A stretch of 64,000 nt of DNA, from contig CAYVMI010000006.1 in NCBI GenBank assembly GCA_964452555.1, positions 9,880 to 73,879 on the forward strand, read 5' to 3'. This stretch comes from an uncultured Desulfobacterales bacterium (GTDB taxonomy: Bacteria; Desulfobacterota; Desulfobacteria; Desulfobacterales; B30-G6). The notes beneath the pieces were generated by a model, which had not been told where the DNA came from, made no database searches, and was given only the letters and a program-made list of their open reading frames with translations. The position numbers and the translations under genes were made by a program. Below, in pieces: positions 9,722-19,502 of this stretch; positions within the stretch are counted from its first letter, which is position 1; every line of letters begins with the position of its first letter.

Positions 9722-10054
9722 TCAAACGAGATCTGTGGCTGGGAATTGCCATTGATTGGCAGCCATATCAATGCGGCCGTTTTCGTCAAAGCGAACCCCC
9801 TCTGCTTCCAGCAAAGCGCGTTGAAATTGAACTGCGTCTCCATCACCCCGGGGACTGATATACCCCTGGTGATTGACCACTCTATGCCAGGGCACATCGC
9901 TGTCAAAGGGCAGCGCCGCCATGGCGTACCCTACCATTAAGGGCGAGCAACGTCCCACAAATGCCGAAATCTGGCCATAACTCGCCACCATGCCATCCGG
10001 GATGCTGCGAACAGCATCATTTATCAATTCAAAAAGCGACTTTGGTTTGTCCAT
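9722..10054 (-). CDS. alkyltransferase-like (ATL) / MGMT DNA-binding-domain protein
   Basis: SYGQISAFVG...VPWHRVVNHQGYIS. The PCHRV active-site Cys is replaced by Trp (TGG codon), as in ATL proteins. Confidence 0.75.
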   Translation of the reverse strand: MDKPKSLFELINDAVRSIPDGMVASYGQISAFVGRCSPLMVGYAMAALPFDSDVPWHRVVNHQGYISPRGDGDAVQFQRALLEAEGVRFDENGRIDMAANQWQFPATDLV

Positions 10055-10057
10055 GTG

Positions 10058-10927
10058 TCATAAGTTCATTCGAACGCAACTAGTGAATATCACAGCCATA
10101 AGCCGATCCTTATCTCCGCGATCATGAACCTTGATCCGCATTACAGCACCATGGTTGTCCGCGCGCAGTATCTCGGATGTGGTTTCAAATGGCCCTTTGA
10201 TACCCGGTGTCATGTAATGAATTGTCAAATCACGTGTCTGCCAATCTCTACCATGGGTTGTTGAGAGGGCCAACTGACCGGCAAGATCCGCCAGAAACGC
10301 AATGATCCCGCCTTGAAGCGAATTGAGACTGTTGCGAACGCAGGTGGTCATGTTGAGGCCTAATTTTCCACCGGCCGGATCTAAGATATGGATTCCCACT
10401 TTATCCGCCAGCGGTTGATTCAGCGGCGAGCCCCCAAGCGCAAAATGCACGGCTTGATTCCGACTCCCGTCAGATTTTATTTGTAGTTCTCTTTGATTGC
10501 CAGGCAAACGTGAATACGTGATTAAAGCCAGCCCGGCGGATATGGTGCTTTCTGCCGGGTTCTCAATCTCATTGAAAAGATCTACCTCCACGACAACCGA
10601 GGTTCGTCCGCAACGCAGAACCCGTCCCTGACCCGAAACATTTCCGGATGTGATATCCCCGGTTGTTATCAAAGACATATTTGCTGTGGACAGCCAATCC
10701 GGTGATATGGCCTGAACCGCCAAAATGCCACCCACAACATCCACCAGAGTGGCCAGGACACCCGCATACAAGACCCCACTTTGCGTGCAAACATGGGGAG
10801 TAACCGGCGCCTGAATGCTGGCTTGGCCGGTATTGTCTGTTTGAATCTCAATAGCCAGATCCCGCAGTATATGATTCTCCGGCGGATAGGTATCACCGAC
10901 CAAGTAGTTCTGAACCGCTGTACTCAT
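10058..10927 (-). CDS. double hotdog-fold PaaI-type thioesterase
   Basis: Two PaaI-like halves: GVLYAGVLATLVDVVGG and LQGGIIAFLADLAGQ. Confidence 0.7.
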   Translation of the reverse strand: MSTAVQNYLVGDTYPPENHILRDLAIEIQTDNTGQASIQAPVTPHVCTQSGVLYAGVLATLVDVVGGILAVQAISPDWLSTANMSLITTGDITSGNVSGQGRVLRCGRTSVVVEVDLFNEIENPAESTISAGLALITYSRLPGNQRELQIKSDGSRNQAVHFALGGSPLNQPLADKVGIHILDPAGGKLGLNMTTCVRNSLNSLQGGIIAFLADLAGQLALSTTHGRDWQTRDLTIHYMTPGIKGPFETTSEILRADNHGAVMRIKVHDRGDKDRLMAVIFTSCVRMNL

Positions 10928-11160
10928 AAGCTATCTTATTATCTGCCCTTCTAAAATATGATCAATAATCGAACTGACGAATCCAATATGTCTTTGTGAA
11001 GGCATTTACTTAGACGCCTTTGAACAATGGCCAAGTTGCTTCTAGTTCAACAAAAGATAGAAGCAACCTTATAGAAATTCTATTATGTGTCCGTCCAGAA
11101 ATTTAATAAATATTCGAACAGGTTAATCCAATATGCTATCCCATATGAATTCATCTTGAG

Positions 11161-11298
11161 GCCTTTGAAAAATGCCCATTTTCCTTCTAGTTCAAGGAAG
11201 GTTAAAATTTTAACCACAGGAATACGTTTTTGTATTTTGAGGATTAAAATTTTTATCTGACACCGAAGTTGGGCGAAAGGGGGCGTTTTTCAAAGGTC
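11161..11298. repeat. long imperfect palindrome, family B (apical motif CAGGAATAC-N6-GTATTTTGAGGA)
   Basis: The outer arm GGCCTTTGAAAAATGCCC pairs with GGGCGTTTTTCAAAGGTC. The apical motif lies at about 11217-11243. The element ends 3 nt from the stop codon of the minus-strand gene 11302..13077. Confidence 0.6.
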
Positions 11299-11301
11299 TC
11301 A

Positions 11302-13077
11302 CTAAAAGGGCCAGACTAATGGAATAAGCACCGTAGCCAATACGACCACCAGCAAATTCAACGGAATGCCCATTTTTAAAAAATCACTGAACCTGTAGCC
11401 CCCGGGTCCATAAACAAGTAAGTTTGTTTGGTAGCCAATCGGCGATGCAAAACAGGCACTGGCCCCAAAACAGATCCCCATCACAAATGGTTTGGGATCT
11501 AGACCGATACCAACAGCCGTTGATATTGCTATTGGAACCATTAAAACCGCCGTGGCATTATTGCTTAACACCTGGGTACCAATACTGGTCAGCAGAATCA
11601 GGGCGCCTAAAATAAGTCCCGGCGGCATGCCTGAAAAAAATGACAAAAAAGTTTGAGCATACAGCTGGCTGGCACCGGTTTGCTGCATGGCGGTTCCCAG
11701 TGCAATGGTACCGGCAATCAAAAGCAGAATGTCGCCCTGCAAAGCCCGGTATGCATCCCGCATCTGAATACAACCACTCAAAATCATAAGAAAAGCGGCC
11801 GTTAAAGCACAAGTCATAATACTGGCCAAGCCTGTTGCCGCCATGGCGACCATACCCACAAAAATTCCGGTGGCCATCCAGGCTCTTTTTTTGTGAACAA
11901 TTTCCTCGTATACATCCTCAATAATGAGGTAATCACTGTTGGCGCGCATACGCGTCAGTCGATCACTAAAACACCAAATCAGAATCATATCACCATTTTT
12001 AAGGCGCACATCCCGAACCTGCTTTTCGGTAAAGTGAAGATTGCTGCGCTTGATGGCAATCACATGAATATCCGGGTCCTTCATAAGCCGTGATTCAATC
12101 AAGCGCTGCCCTAAAAGTGCGGATTGTGGTGTGATAATAAGCTCTACCACCAAAGCTTCATTCTTGCCGGCCTCAAAAGACAGGCCTTTTTCAGATGCCG
12201 GCAGGACCACATTCTCACGATCCAGCAGCGCCACGAGATCACTGGCCGAACCCTTTGCCAGTAAGATGTCGTCGGCCGCTACCTGAATCGCATCCCGATC
12301 CGGATGAAATATATGCGAATACCGGATGACTTCCAGTATGCTGACCTCAGGATATTTGCCCGCAAACATGGATCTTGGATCTTTATGTATCAGATTGCTG
12401 CCCCGTGGTATTTTCAGCTCCGCCAGGTACCGCCTGTTTTCCTGATCCTTGATCTGGCATACCGGATTGGCCAGGGCGGGCATCAAATGCGGTGCCGCCA
12501 ATATAATAAATAGGATGCCGATAACGGCTATGGGAATGCCAACAATAGATAGCTCAAAAAAAGAAAGCGGTCCCAATCCATATTGGGCGCTTAAATCACT
12601 GACAATAATATTGGTGGAGGTTCCGATCAACGTACAGGTGCCTGCCAGTATAGAGGCATAAGAAATCGGGATCAGAAAACGCGACGGGCTGAGGTTGAAC
12701 TCACAGCACATGGTCATGACCACAGGAATAAAGAGAATGACCACGGGGGTATTGTTAATAAATGCCGATGCAACGGTCACCGTCAAAATCACTGCCGTGG
12801 TGGCCAAGCCGGGATTGCCTTTGGCGAGCTTAACAATTCGCCGGGCAATATATTCAACCGATCCGGTACGCACCAATCCTCTGCTGATCAAAAACATGGA
12901 CCCCACAGTTATGACGGCCGGGTGTGCCAGTCCGGCTACGGCCGTCTGGGGGTCTAGTACTTTGCCCAATACCAGTGCGACCATAATTCCAATGGCAGTC
13001 AGGGATACAGGAATCCTTTCGGTAATGAAAAGGATCAACGCCAACACGAGTATGATGGTAACGTACCAGACGTCCAT
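11302..13077 (-). CDS. SLC13/DASS-family anion permease with central TrkA-C domains
   Basis: 591 aa with hydrophobic N- and C-terminal halves flanking a soluble region of two TrkA-C-like repeats (e.g. GSNLIHKDPRS...ILEVIR; SALLGQRLIES...VIAIKR). Confidence 0.85.
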   Translation of the reverse strand: MDVWYVTIILVLALILFITERIPVSLTAIGIMVALVLGKVLDPQTAVAGLAHPAVITVGSMFLISRGLVRTGSVEYIARRIVKLAKGNPGLATTAVILTVTVASAFINNTPVVILFIPVVMTMCCEFNLSPSRFLIPISYASILAGTCTLIGTSTNIIVSDLSAQYGLGPLSFFELSIVGIPIAVIGILFIILAAPHLMPALANPVCQIKDQENRRYLAELKIPRGSNLIHKDPRSMFAGKYPEVSILEVIRYSHIFHPDRDAIQVAADDILLAKGSASDLVALLDRENVVLPASEKGLSFEAGKNEALVVELIITPQSALLGQRLIESRLMKDPDIHVIAIKRSNLHFTEKQVRDVRLKNGDMILIWCFSDRLTRMRANSDYLIIEDVYEEIVHKKRAWMATGIFVGMVAMAATGLASIMTCALTAAFLMILSGCIQMRDAYRALQGDILLLIAGTIALGTAMQQTGASQLYAQTFLSFFSGMPPGLILGALILLTSIGTQVLSNNATAVLMVPIAISTAVGIGLDPKPFVMGICFGASACFASPIGYQTNLLVYGPGGYRFSDFLKMGIPLNLLVVVLATVLIPLVWPF

Positions 13078-13102
13078 AGGGTCTATCTTTCACACAGTTT
13101 TT

Positions 13103-14161
13103 CTAGCCTACAATTTGCTTAAGCGTTTGAACAAAGGTCTGCATATCGTCGTCTGTACCGATGGTGACGCGCAAAAATTCATTGATACGCGGTTTGTCAA
13201 AATAGCGGACGAGGATATTTTGGGCCTTTAACTCGTAAAACAGTGTCTCCGCCGGTATTTGGGGATGTTTGGCAAACACAAAATTGGTTTTGGATGGAAC
13301 GACTTCAAAGTTCATCTTTTCCAATTCCGCCGAGGTCCAGTCCCGCGTCCGAATCACCTTTTCACATGTGGATTGGAAATAGGCCGTGTCTTTCAGGGCT
13401 TCAACGGCTCCCACCAAAGCCAGTCGATCCAAGGGATAGGAATTGAAGGAATTTTTTGCCCGCTCAAGCCCTTCGATCAATTCCACAGACCCCATGGCCG
13501 CGCCCACCCGCATACCGGCCAGGGATCGTGATTTTGATAATGTGTGGATTACAAGCAGGTTGGCGTAATCCCCGATCAGGGCCATGGCCGATTCGCCGCC
13601 GAAATCAATATAAGCCTCATCGACTATCACAACGCTCTGTCGGTTCCGCTCCAGTAGCGTCTCAATTTTATCCAGGGAAAGCAACTTGCCCGTGGGCGCG
13701 TTGGGATTCGCAAGGATAATACCGTCGTTGGGGCGCTCATAATCGCTCAGGGAAATGTCAAATTCATCTGTGAGCGGTATACGTTCATATTCAATTTCGA
13801 AAAAGCGGCAATAGACGACATAAAAACTGTAGGTGATATCCGGAAAAAGAATCGGTTCCTGCTGTTTGAAAAAGCTGATAAAGGCCAATGCCAGTACTTC
13901 GTCGGAGCCGTTGCCCACGAACACCTGCTCATGATCAAGATTGTGATAGGCGGCAATGGCCTGCTTGAGATCGTCACAGTTGGGATCGGGATAACGCCGC
14001 AGGGTAGAATCCGTGGCCGCCTTGATGGCCTGGATGACTCTGGGCGACGGCGGATAGGGGTTTTCATTGGTATTCAGCTTGATATAACGCTGGTCCTTAG
14101 GTTGTTCGCCCGGAACATAAGGTTCCAGCTCCCGTATAATTTGGCTCCAGTATTGACTCAT
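13103..14161 (-). CDS. hisC: histidinol-phosphate aminotransferase
   Basis: LNTNENPYPPSP, GNGSDEVL and HTLSKSRSLAGMRVG (PLP-lysine motif), at 352 aa. Confidence 0.85.
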   Translation of the reverse strand: MSQYWSQIIRELEPYVPGEQPKDQRYIKLNTNENPYPPSPRVIQAIKAATDSTLRRYPDPNCDDLKQAIAAYHNLDHEQVFVGNGSDEVLALAFISFFKQQEPILFPDITYSFYVVYCRFFEIEYERIPLTDEFDISLSDYERPNDGIILANPNAPTGKLLSLDKIETLLERNRQSVVIVDEAYIDFGGESAMALIGDYANLLVIHTLSKSRSLAGMRVGAAMGSVELIEGLERAKNSFNSYPLDRLALVGAVEALKDTAYFQSTCEKVIRTRDWTSAELEKMNFEVVPSKTNFVFAKHPQIPAETLFYELKAQNILVRYFDKPRINEFLRVTIGTDDDMQTFVQTLKQIVG

Positions 14162-14643
14162 GATATTGCCTCGAAAATCCCTTCTTCAATATTTTTACGA
14201 ACCTGGTCATGTCGGAACACGCATCCGTTCATGACAATATAGACACCGGGCGCCAGAGTCTGCACTGCGCTTACGGCACACCCAATGTTAAAAACCGCAT
14301 CTGTCGTCTTGAAAAGTGCCGGCTTGAGTGCCCCGGTCAAGACGATGGTTTTGGCCTCGATATCGGCTAATTTCCCGGCCGTCGCTACCATGGTATCGGT
14401 ACCATGGGTAATCAGGACTTTATCGGCCGGATCGGCTTTAACGGCCTTGTAAATTATCGTGCGATCCGCTTCAGTGAGATCCAGACTGTCCTTTTTCATA
14501 AGCGATTCGACGGTATAATTAAATCCCAACTTCAATTCTTCGAATACAGCAGCGATATTGGGCGGTCCCACCTGATAGGTGCTCATGGCGTCAAAATAGA
14601 TTTTGTCGATTGTGCCGCCAGTTGCGAAGACTTTAATATGCAT
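14158..14643 (-). CDS. stand-alone asparaginase N-terminal-domain protein
   Basis: FATGGTIDK and HGTDTM motifs of the L-asparaginase/GatD N-domain. It is only 161 aa, and its stop overlaps the hisC start (14158-14161). Confidence 0.7.
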   Translation of the reverse strand: MHIKVFATGGTIDKIYFDAMSTYQVGPPNIAAVFEELKLGFNYTVESLMKKDSLDLTEADRTIIYKAVKADPADKVLITHGTDTMVATAGKLADIEAKTIVLTGALKPALFKTTDAVFNIGCAVSAVQTLAPGVYIVMNGCVFRHDQVRKNIEEGIFEAIS

Positions 14644-14693
14644 TTTTCAACACCTGTATTCAGCCCGGATATTTCATAAAATATTCGGGTGCG

Positions 14694-15560
14694 TTAATCG
14701 CCAATTAGTTCCTTGGCATGGTACGAGCTGCGCACAAAGGGCCCGCTGGCAACTTGTTTGAATCCCATTGCCAATGCTTTACGGCGTAGGGATTCAAACA
14801 CTTCCGGCGGGATGTATTCTACAACCGGCAGATGCATCTTAGAGGGCTGCAAGTATTGGCCCAGTGTCAATAATCTGCAGCCGTTATCGAGCAAATCCTG
14901 CAAGGCATCCTGGACCTCGTCTTTAGTTTCCCCCAGACCCAGCATCAGGCCGGACTTCACCGGTATGGCACTATGATGATAAACATACCTCATGAGGTTC
15001 AATGACCGATCATAAATTGCCTGAGGCCTGACCTGCTGGTAAAGCCGTTTGACCGTTTCCAGATTGTGGTTGAGTACGTCCGGAGCCGCTTCCAAAATGA
15101 GGTCCAGAGCTGGTTCACTACCCTGAAAATCCGGAATGAGAACTTCCACACGTGTATCGGGCCTGGCGTTACGGATACAATTGATGGTGGCGGCAAAATG
15201 AGCGGCACCCCCGTCGGGCAAATCATCCCGGGTAACGGATGTTACCACCACATAGCTAAGGTTCAATGTTTGAACGGCTTCGGCAATACGTTCTGGTTCT
15301 TCTTGGTCCGGGGGACCTGAGGGTCCCTGGCCCACGGCACAAAACCGGCAGTTGCGTGTGCAACGATCACCCATGATTAGAAACGTGGCGGTTCCTTCGG
15401 TAAAACATTCCCAGAGGTTGGGGCATTTGGCCTCTTGGCAGACGGTGTGCAGGCAGTTTTTATCCAGCAACCGGCGTACGTTTTCATATTCCTTTCCCGC
15501 CGGCAATCGCCGTTTCAACCAGGGCGGTTTTTTGCGGATACCTTTTTGAAAAGTACTCAT
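14694..15560 (-). CDS. lipA: lipoyl synthase
   Basis: CEEAKCPNxxEC-type motif (CQEAKCPNLWEC) and radical-SAM CTRNCRFC. Confidence 0.9.
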   Translation of the reverse strand: MSTFQKGIRKKPPWLKRRLPAGKEYENVRRLLDKNCLHTVCQEAKCPNLWECFTEGTATFLIMGDRCTRNCRFCAVGQGPSGPPDQEEPERIAEAVQTLNLSYVVVTSVTRDDLPDGGAAHFAATINCIRNARPDTRVEVLIPDFQGSEPALDLILEAAPDVLNHNLETVKRLYQQVRPQAIYDRSLNLMRYVYHHSAIPVKSGLMLGLGETKDEVQDALQDLLDNGCRLLTLGQYLQPSKMHLPVVEYIPPEVFESLRRKALAMGFKQVASGPFVRSSYHAKELIGD

Positions 15561-15567
15561 TTCTTGA

Positions 15568-16281
15568 TCAATCTACCTTTTGGTCCAGCAAGGAAATCAG
15601 TTCATCCGATTCGATAAGCTTTGGCCTGACTCCCATGACAGCTTTTATGTGCCCTAGGGCCGTGTTGCGCACTGAGGACTGTTCAATCGCCTGGAAACTT
15701 TCATTTTCCAAAGTGGTCATGCCGACGTTTTGGAGGCCACAAGGATTGATCCAGGAAAAATGGGTCAAATTGGTCCTGACATTCAAAGCCAGCCCATGAA
15801 ATGATATCCCCTTGCGAATGGCGATGCCGATGCTACCAAGTTTAGCATTGCCAACCCAAACGCCCCGGTTCAATGGATTGCGTTGGGCCTCGACTCCGTA
15901 CGATGCAGCCGTCCGAATCATTATTTCTTCCAGGGCAGATACCAGGTCGGTCACGCTGGTCCGGGTACGCTTGATATCCCACAACACATAGATCACCAAC
16001 TGCCCGGGTCCGTGGTAGGTAATATCGCCACCCCGTTCCACCTGGACGACCTCAATGCCTTCCCGCCTTAAAAAATCTTCGGCCACACACAGGTTGTCAC
16101 GGCCGCCTCTCCGGCCCAGAGTGAACACCGGCGGATGTTCCAGGCTAAGGATTACATCCGAACGCAACCGGCCATTTATTTTTGCGGCAACAATATCCTG
16201 CTGCAGCTTCCAGGCATCCTGGTACCGGGTCAAGGGCAACTCAAGATATAGAAACTCCTTTGTTTTTGCAGATGTTGACAT
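15568..16281 (-). CDS. lipB: octanoyltransferase
   Basis: LEHPPVFTLGRRG, RGGDITYHGPGQLV and AKLGSIGI motifs. The start is set at the internal ATG 16281, and the track start 16350 would add 23 aa. Start uncertain. Confidence 0.8.
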   Translation of the reverse strand: MSTSAKTKEFLYLELPLTRYQDAWKLQQDIVAAKINGRLRSDVILSLEHPPVFTLGRRGGRDNLCVAEDFLRREGIEVVQVERGGDITYHGPGQLVIYVLWDIKRTRTSVTDLVSALEEIMIRTAASYGVEAQRNPLNRGVWVGNAKLGSIGIAIRKGISFHGLALNVRTNLTHFSWINPCGLQNVGMTTLENESFQAIEQSSVRNTALGHIKAVMGVRPKLIESDELISLLDQKVD

Positions 16282-16591
16282 TGAATCATATCCTGTGTTG
16301 ACTGATAAAATACCGAAATCTGGAGTTTTTTGAGTTAACATGATCACCATACCTTGTCAATCAACCCAAATGACAGCTAGAACTTGGGACAACCATACAT
16401 TAAGCCAAGTCGCTGGACAGCACCCGCCACATAGGCTCTTGATAACAAATATTCATATCATAATCGAGTTGGCGGATGTGATTTCCTGTGTTATACCCAC
16501 GGCCACTTTTGGCCTTTGGTATAAACGATACACCTGTCTTACCGAAGTAAAGCGCAGCTCCTCTGGGCGCGTATACTGGAAAGTTAGCAAT

Positions 16592-17467
16592 ATGGCCACA
16601 TTCTTTGCACTACTGTCCGCCCTTTTTATCGGACTGAATACAATCGTGATCAAAAAGAGCCTCAATCGAGCCTCGACATTTTCAGCCGCCGTCATGTTGA
16701 CAGCGGTGGGCACAATCTTTTTCTGGATCATCACTTTGTTCGGTTATCCCCATACGAAAATCGGCATGAATTTAAATGCCTGCCTGTACTTCATTGTCGC
16801 CGGTTTTTTTGCGCCGGGCCTGCTTCGCTTGGTTTTTTTTGTAGGTATCGAACGTGTGGGGGTCTCGATTGCCTCATCCATTATGGCCACTATTCCCGCT
16901 TTTGCGGCTGTGGTCGCGGTTATTTTTCTAAATGAAAACTTAACTACGGCACTGGCATTCGGGATTATTCTAATCGTTGTCGGGGTTATTCTGTTCGAAC
17001 AAAATAAGACCGGTATCAGGACCGCCCAATACCTGCCTAGCAAGGATATTGCCTTGCTTTTCCTGGGAGCCGTCGCCGGAGCAGTTGCCATCACTTTCCG
17101 AAAAATAGGGCTTCAAATATGGAACTTTCCAGCGCTGGGGGTTGCCTTGGGGTTTTCAAGTGCTTTGGGCATCTATCTCACGATGATGGCTTGTTCACCC
17201 AAACTTCGTAGGGAGTTTTCCATTCAACCAGGCGATCTTCCTTTGTTTGTGGTGGGAGGGTTGTCACTGGCATTTGGCTGGCTGTGCATTTTTTATGCAC
17301 TCTCATATGGCCCTGTGGTATTGGTGGCCCCTTTGAATGCACTTCATCCCCTCGTGGTGCTGGCCTTGAGTACCATTTTTCTAAAGGATGCCGAACGAAT
17401 TACAGGTATGACGATATTGGGATGCATTTCCGTTTTGTCAGGTGTGATCTTAATTACGATCTTTTAG
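16592..17467 (+). CDS. EamA/DMT-family transporter
   Basis: About ten hydrophobic helices in two EamA-like halves, from the ATG at 16592 (MATFFALLSALFIGLN). The 84-aa extension in the track overlaps lipB and looks non-coding. Confidence 0.8.
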   Translation: MATFFALLSALFIGLNTIVIKKSLNRASTFSAAVMLTAVGTIFFWIITLFGYPHTKIGMNLNACLYFIVAGFFAPGLLRLVFFVGIERVGVSIASSIMATIPAFAAVVAVIFLNENLTTALAFGIILIVVGVILFEQNKTGIRTAQYLPSKDIALLFLGAVAGAVAITFRKIGLQIWNFPALGVALGFSSALGIYLTMMACSPKLRREFSIQPGDLPLFVVGGLSLAFGWLCIFYALSYGPVVLVAPLNALHPLVVLALSTIFLKDAERITGMTILGCISVLSGVILITIF

Positions 17468-18160
17468 GGCTCGGCGCAAATCTTCAATATGGCGTGATGG
17501 ATAAACGCGGGTGGGGCAGACCCGGCTGCATGCCAGAACCCGCTTGCAAGGCGCGACACCATGATCACTCCCGGCCCGAGTCAGCAGCCTCTTTTTTTCC
17601 TGGGGCGATTTACTTGCTTGCCTATTGATGGCGGCTAAGACGGCCGGCCCCATAAAGCGAGACGTTGTCCGCATTTCCGGGCAGGCTGATACACAGCAAC
17701 CGCATTCGATGCAATCCTCCAGCTGATGCCATGCCTCGATTTCATCCGATGGAACCCGCTGGTCATCAGGGGTATCAGATTTTAGGTAGGACCAAAGCGG
17801 ATCGATGTTTTCAAAAAAACTCTCCATATTGACAGCCAGGTCCGCAATGCACTCAAACCCCTTTAACGGTTCCAGGGTGATAAGCTGATCCATGGGCAAT
17901 TGGTGCAACCGGGTGGTACAGGCCAATCCTGGTTTGCCATTGATCATGCACGCACAGGTCCCGCAGGAACTGTGGTGGCATGAATGGCGGAATATCAACG
18001 TTGGATCCTGATTGATACGAATTTCTTCGAGACAATCCAGAATGGTTTTGGTGTCATCCCTGCCAAAAGGAACATAATAGGATTGAAATCCCGGAGGATC
18101 TATTTGGCCTTTTTTATAGCGTCGAATGGATATTTCAACATTTTGGCGGCCTGTTTTCAC
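17450..18160 (-). CDS. SdhB/FrdB-like iron-sulfur subunit
   Basis: 2Fe-2S motif CHHSSCGTCACMINGKPGLAC, followed by CIECGCCVSACP and a C-terminal CSRVCP cluster motif. Confidence 0.75.
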   Translation of the reverse strand: MKTGRQNVEISIRRYKKGQIDPPGFQSYYVPFGRDDTKTILDCLEEIRINQDPTLIFRHSCHHSSCGTCACMINGKPGLACTTRLHQLPMDQLITLEPLKGFECIADLAVNMESFFENIDPLWSYLKSDTPDDQRVPSDEIEAWHQLEDCIECGCCVSACPEMRTTSRFMGPAVLAAINRQASKSPQEKKRLLTRAGSDHGVAPCKRVLACSRVCPTRVYPSRHIEDLRRALKDRN

Positions 18161-18164
18161 GCCA

Positions 18165-19331
18165 TCACCTCGCTGCAGTACGATAATACGACCGATACGG
18201 TTTTAAAATCACTTCACGCGTTCGACATTCACTGCCACGGCCTGTTTTACGGCAAATTAGATCGGCCGTTTGCTCGGCCATGGCACGCATGGTGGTGGCT
18301 TTGCCACCCAACAGGGTCACAAAACCTTCCAGTCCGTTTAGCTCTGCATGGTCCACACAATCAAAACCGCGACTCATGCGCATGGGATCTTGCTCGGCCC
18401 CCTGCACCAAGACAGGACGGCTGGCGTGCCAAATCGCATGTGGTTCGAAATCGGTTACCTTCGGGATGAGCTTGCGGCACAGCTCAAAGAGACGCGATAC
18501 ATGGGCTGCGGGAACCTGAACCGCATCGGGATCATCGGCAGTCCAGGCGGTGGTGCCTAAAATGCTCAAATTGCGCTGGGGAACGATAATGTCGCCCTCG
18601 CCTGCCGGGTGCAGGCGGTTGATCACCATGTGATTTAATCGCGCCGGCACGGAAACCATCACGCCCGGAACGGCTTGCAAGGGAATCTTAAGATCTACCA
18701 TGGCGGCAACCCCGGCGGCCCAGGGACCAGCCGCATTGACAACCAAATCCGCATCCAGCCTTTCCATACGGTTTAAACGATGGTTGCGAATATCTACGCC
18801 CACGATGGCGCCATTGGACACATGTATGTCCTGGACTTCGCAATATTCTCGAATGTCAGCTCCGTTGAATTGGGCCGTAGCAAAAAACTGCAGGGGCAAT
18901 CGCCATGCGTCCATACTGGCATCGGGCACGCGAATAGCACCCTTAAGCATGGGAGTCAGGTGCGGCTCCAGTGCAAGTGCCTGCACTGCGCTCAAAATTT
19001 CCGTGGGTATGCCGGCTTGTTCACATAAATCTATAAAACGTTCCCAATGGGTCATATCGGCATCGTTAAGGGCCACAAACAAGCCGTCATTGCATTCCAA
19101 GGCTTGAGGCGCAATTCGCTTGAGAATCTGGTTTTCTTCAAAGCACTCACGGGCTGTTTCCAGATCATGGAGTATGTAGCGGGCTCCGCTGTGGAGCAAC
19201 CCATGATGACGGCCGGAGGTGCCTGACAGCAAGGCACCTCTTTCCACTAAGGTAACCTGGAATCCGCGCAGGGTCAGATCGTGGGCCAGAGCACCGCCCA
19301 CCCCGCCACCGATGATGAGGATGTGTTCCAT
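18165..19331 (-). CDS. FAD-dependent oxidoreductase, GlpA-like N-terminal region
   Basis: ILIIGGGVGGALAHDLTLRGFQVTLVERG...SGRHHGLLHSGARY resembles anaerobic glycerol-3-phosphate dehydrogenase subunit A. At 388 aa it lacks a BFD-like tail. Confidence 0.8.
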   Translation of the reverse strand: MEHILIIGGGVGGALAHDLTLRGFQVTLVERGALLSGTSGRHHGLLHSGARYILHDLETARECFEENQILKRIAPQALECNDGLFVALNDADMTHWERFIDLCEQAGIPTEILSAVQALALEPHLTPMLKGAIRVPDASMDAWRLPLQFFATAQFNGADIREYCEVQDIHVSNGAIVGVDIRNHRLNRMERLDADLVVNAAGPWAAGVAAMVDLKIPLQAVPGVMVSVPARLNHMVINRLHPAGEGDIIVPQRNLSILGTTAWTADDPDAVQVPAAHVSRLFELCRKLIPKVTDFEPHAIWHASRPVLVQGAEQDPMRMSRGFDCVDHAELNGLEGFVTLLGGKATTMRAMAEQTADLICRKTGRGSECRTREVILKPYRSYYRTAAR

Positions 19332-19498
19332 TATTTAAAAGAAATATGAATCAGGGGAAGGCCCATAAAAGTCGAGTCGGACTTGTACTCATATCCATAG
19401 CCGTCCCACTTTGTCTTGGCCGGATAGGGGGCGCCGCAGTTGGGGCATGCAACGGCCTGCTCACTTACCTGGTGCTTGCATTCACGGAATGTCTTCAT
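19331..19498 (-). CDS. small zinc-ribbon protein
   Basis: 55 aa from the ATG at 19498. Its only CxxC pair is CPNCGAPYP, preceded by a single Cys in RECKHQV. The stop shares one base with the downstream FAD-oxidoreductase ATG (TAATG). It may be a truncated member of a zinc-ribbon plus TM family. Confidence 0.45.
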   Translation of the reverse strand: MKTFRECKHQVSEQAVACPNCGAPYPAKTKWDGYGYEYKSDSTFMGLPLIHISFK

Positions 19499-19502
19499 CG
19501 CA

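Noticed and set aside
12695-13231. 178-aa plus-strand ORF, plus several 60-90-aa ORFs in 11424-13093
   Set aside because: They are antisense or out of frame within the SLC13-family permease gene. Shadow ORFs.
16340-16591. 84-aa N-terminal extension of the EamA transporter ORF
   Set aside because: The extension overlaps the lipB start region and has no hydrophobic or conserved character. The ATG at 16592 begins directly with the first transmembrane helix.
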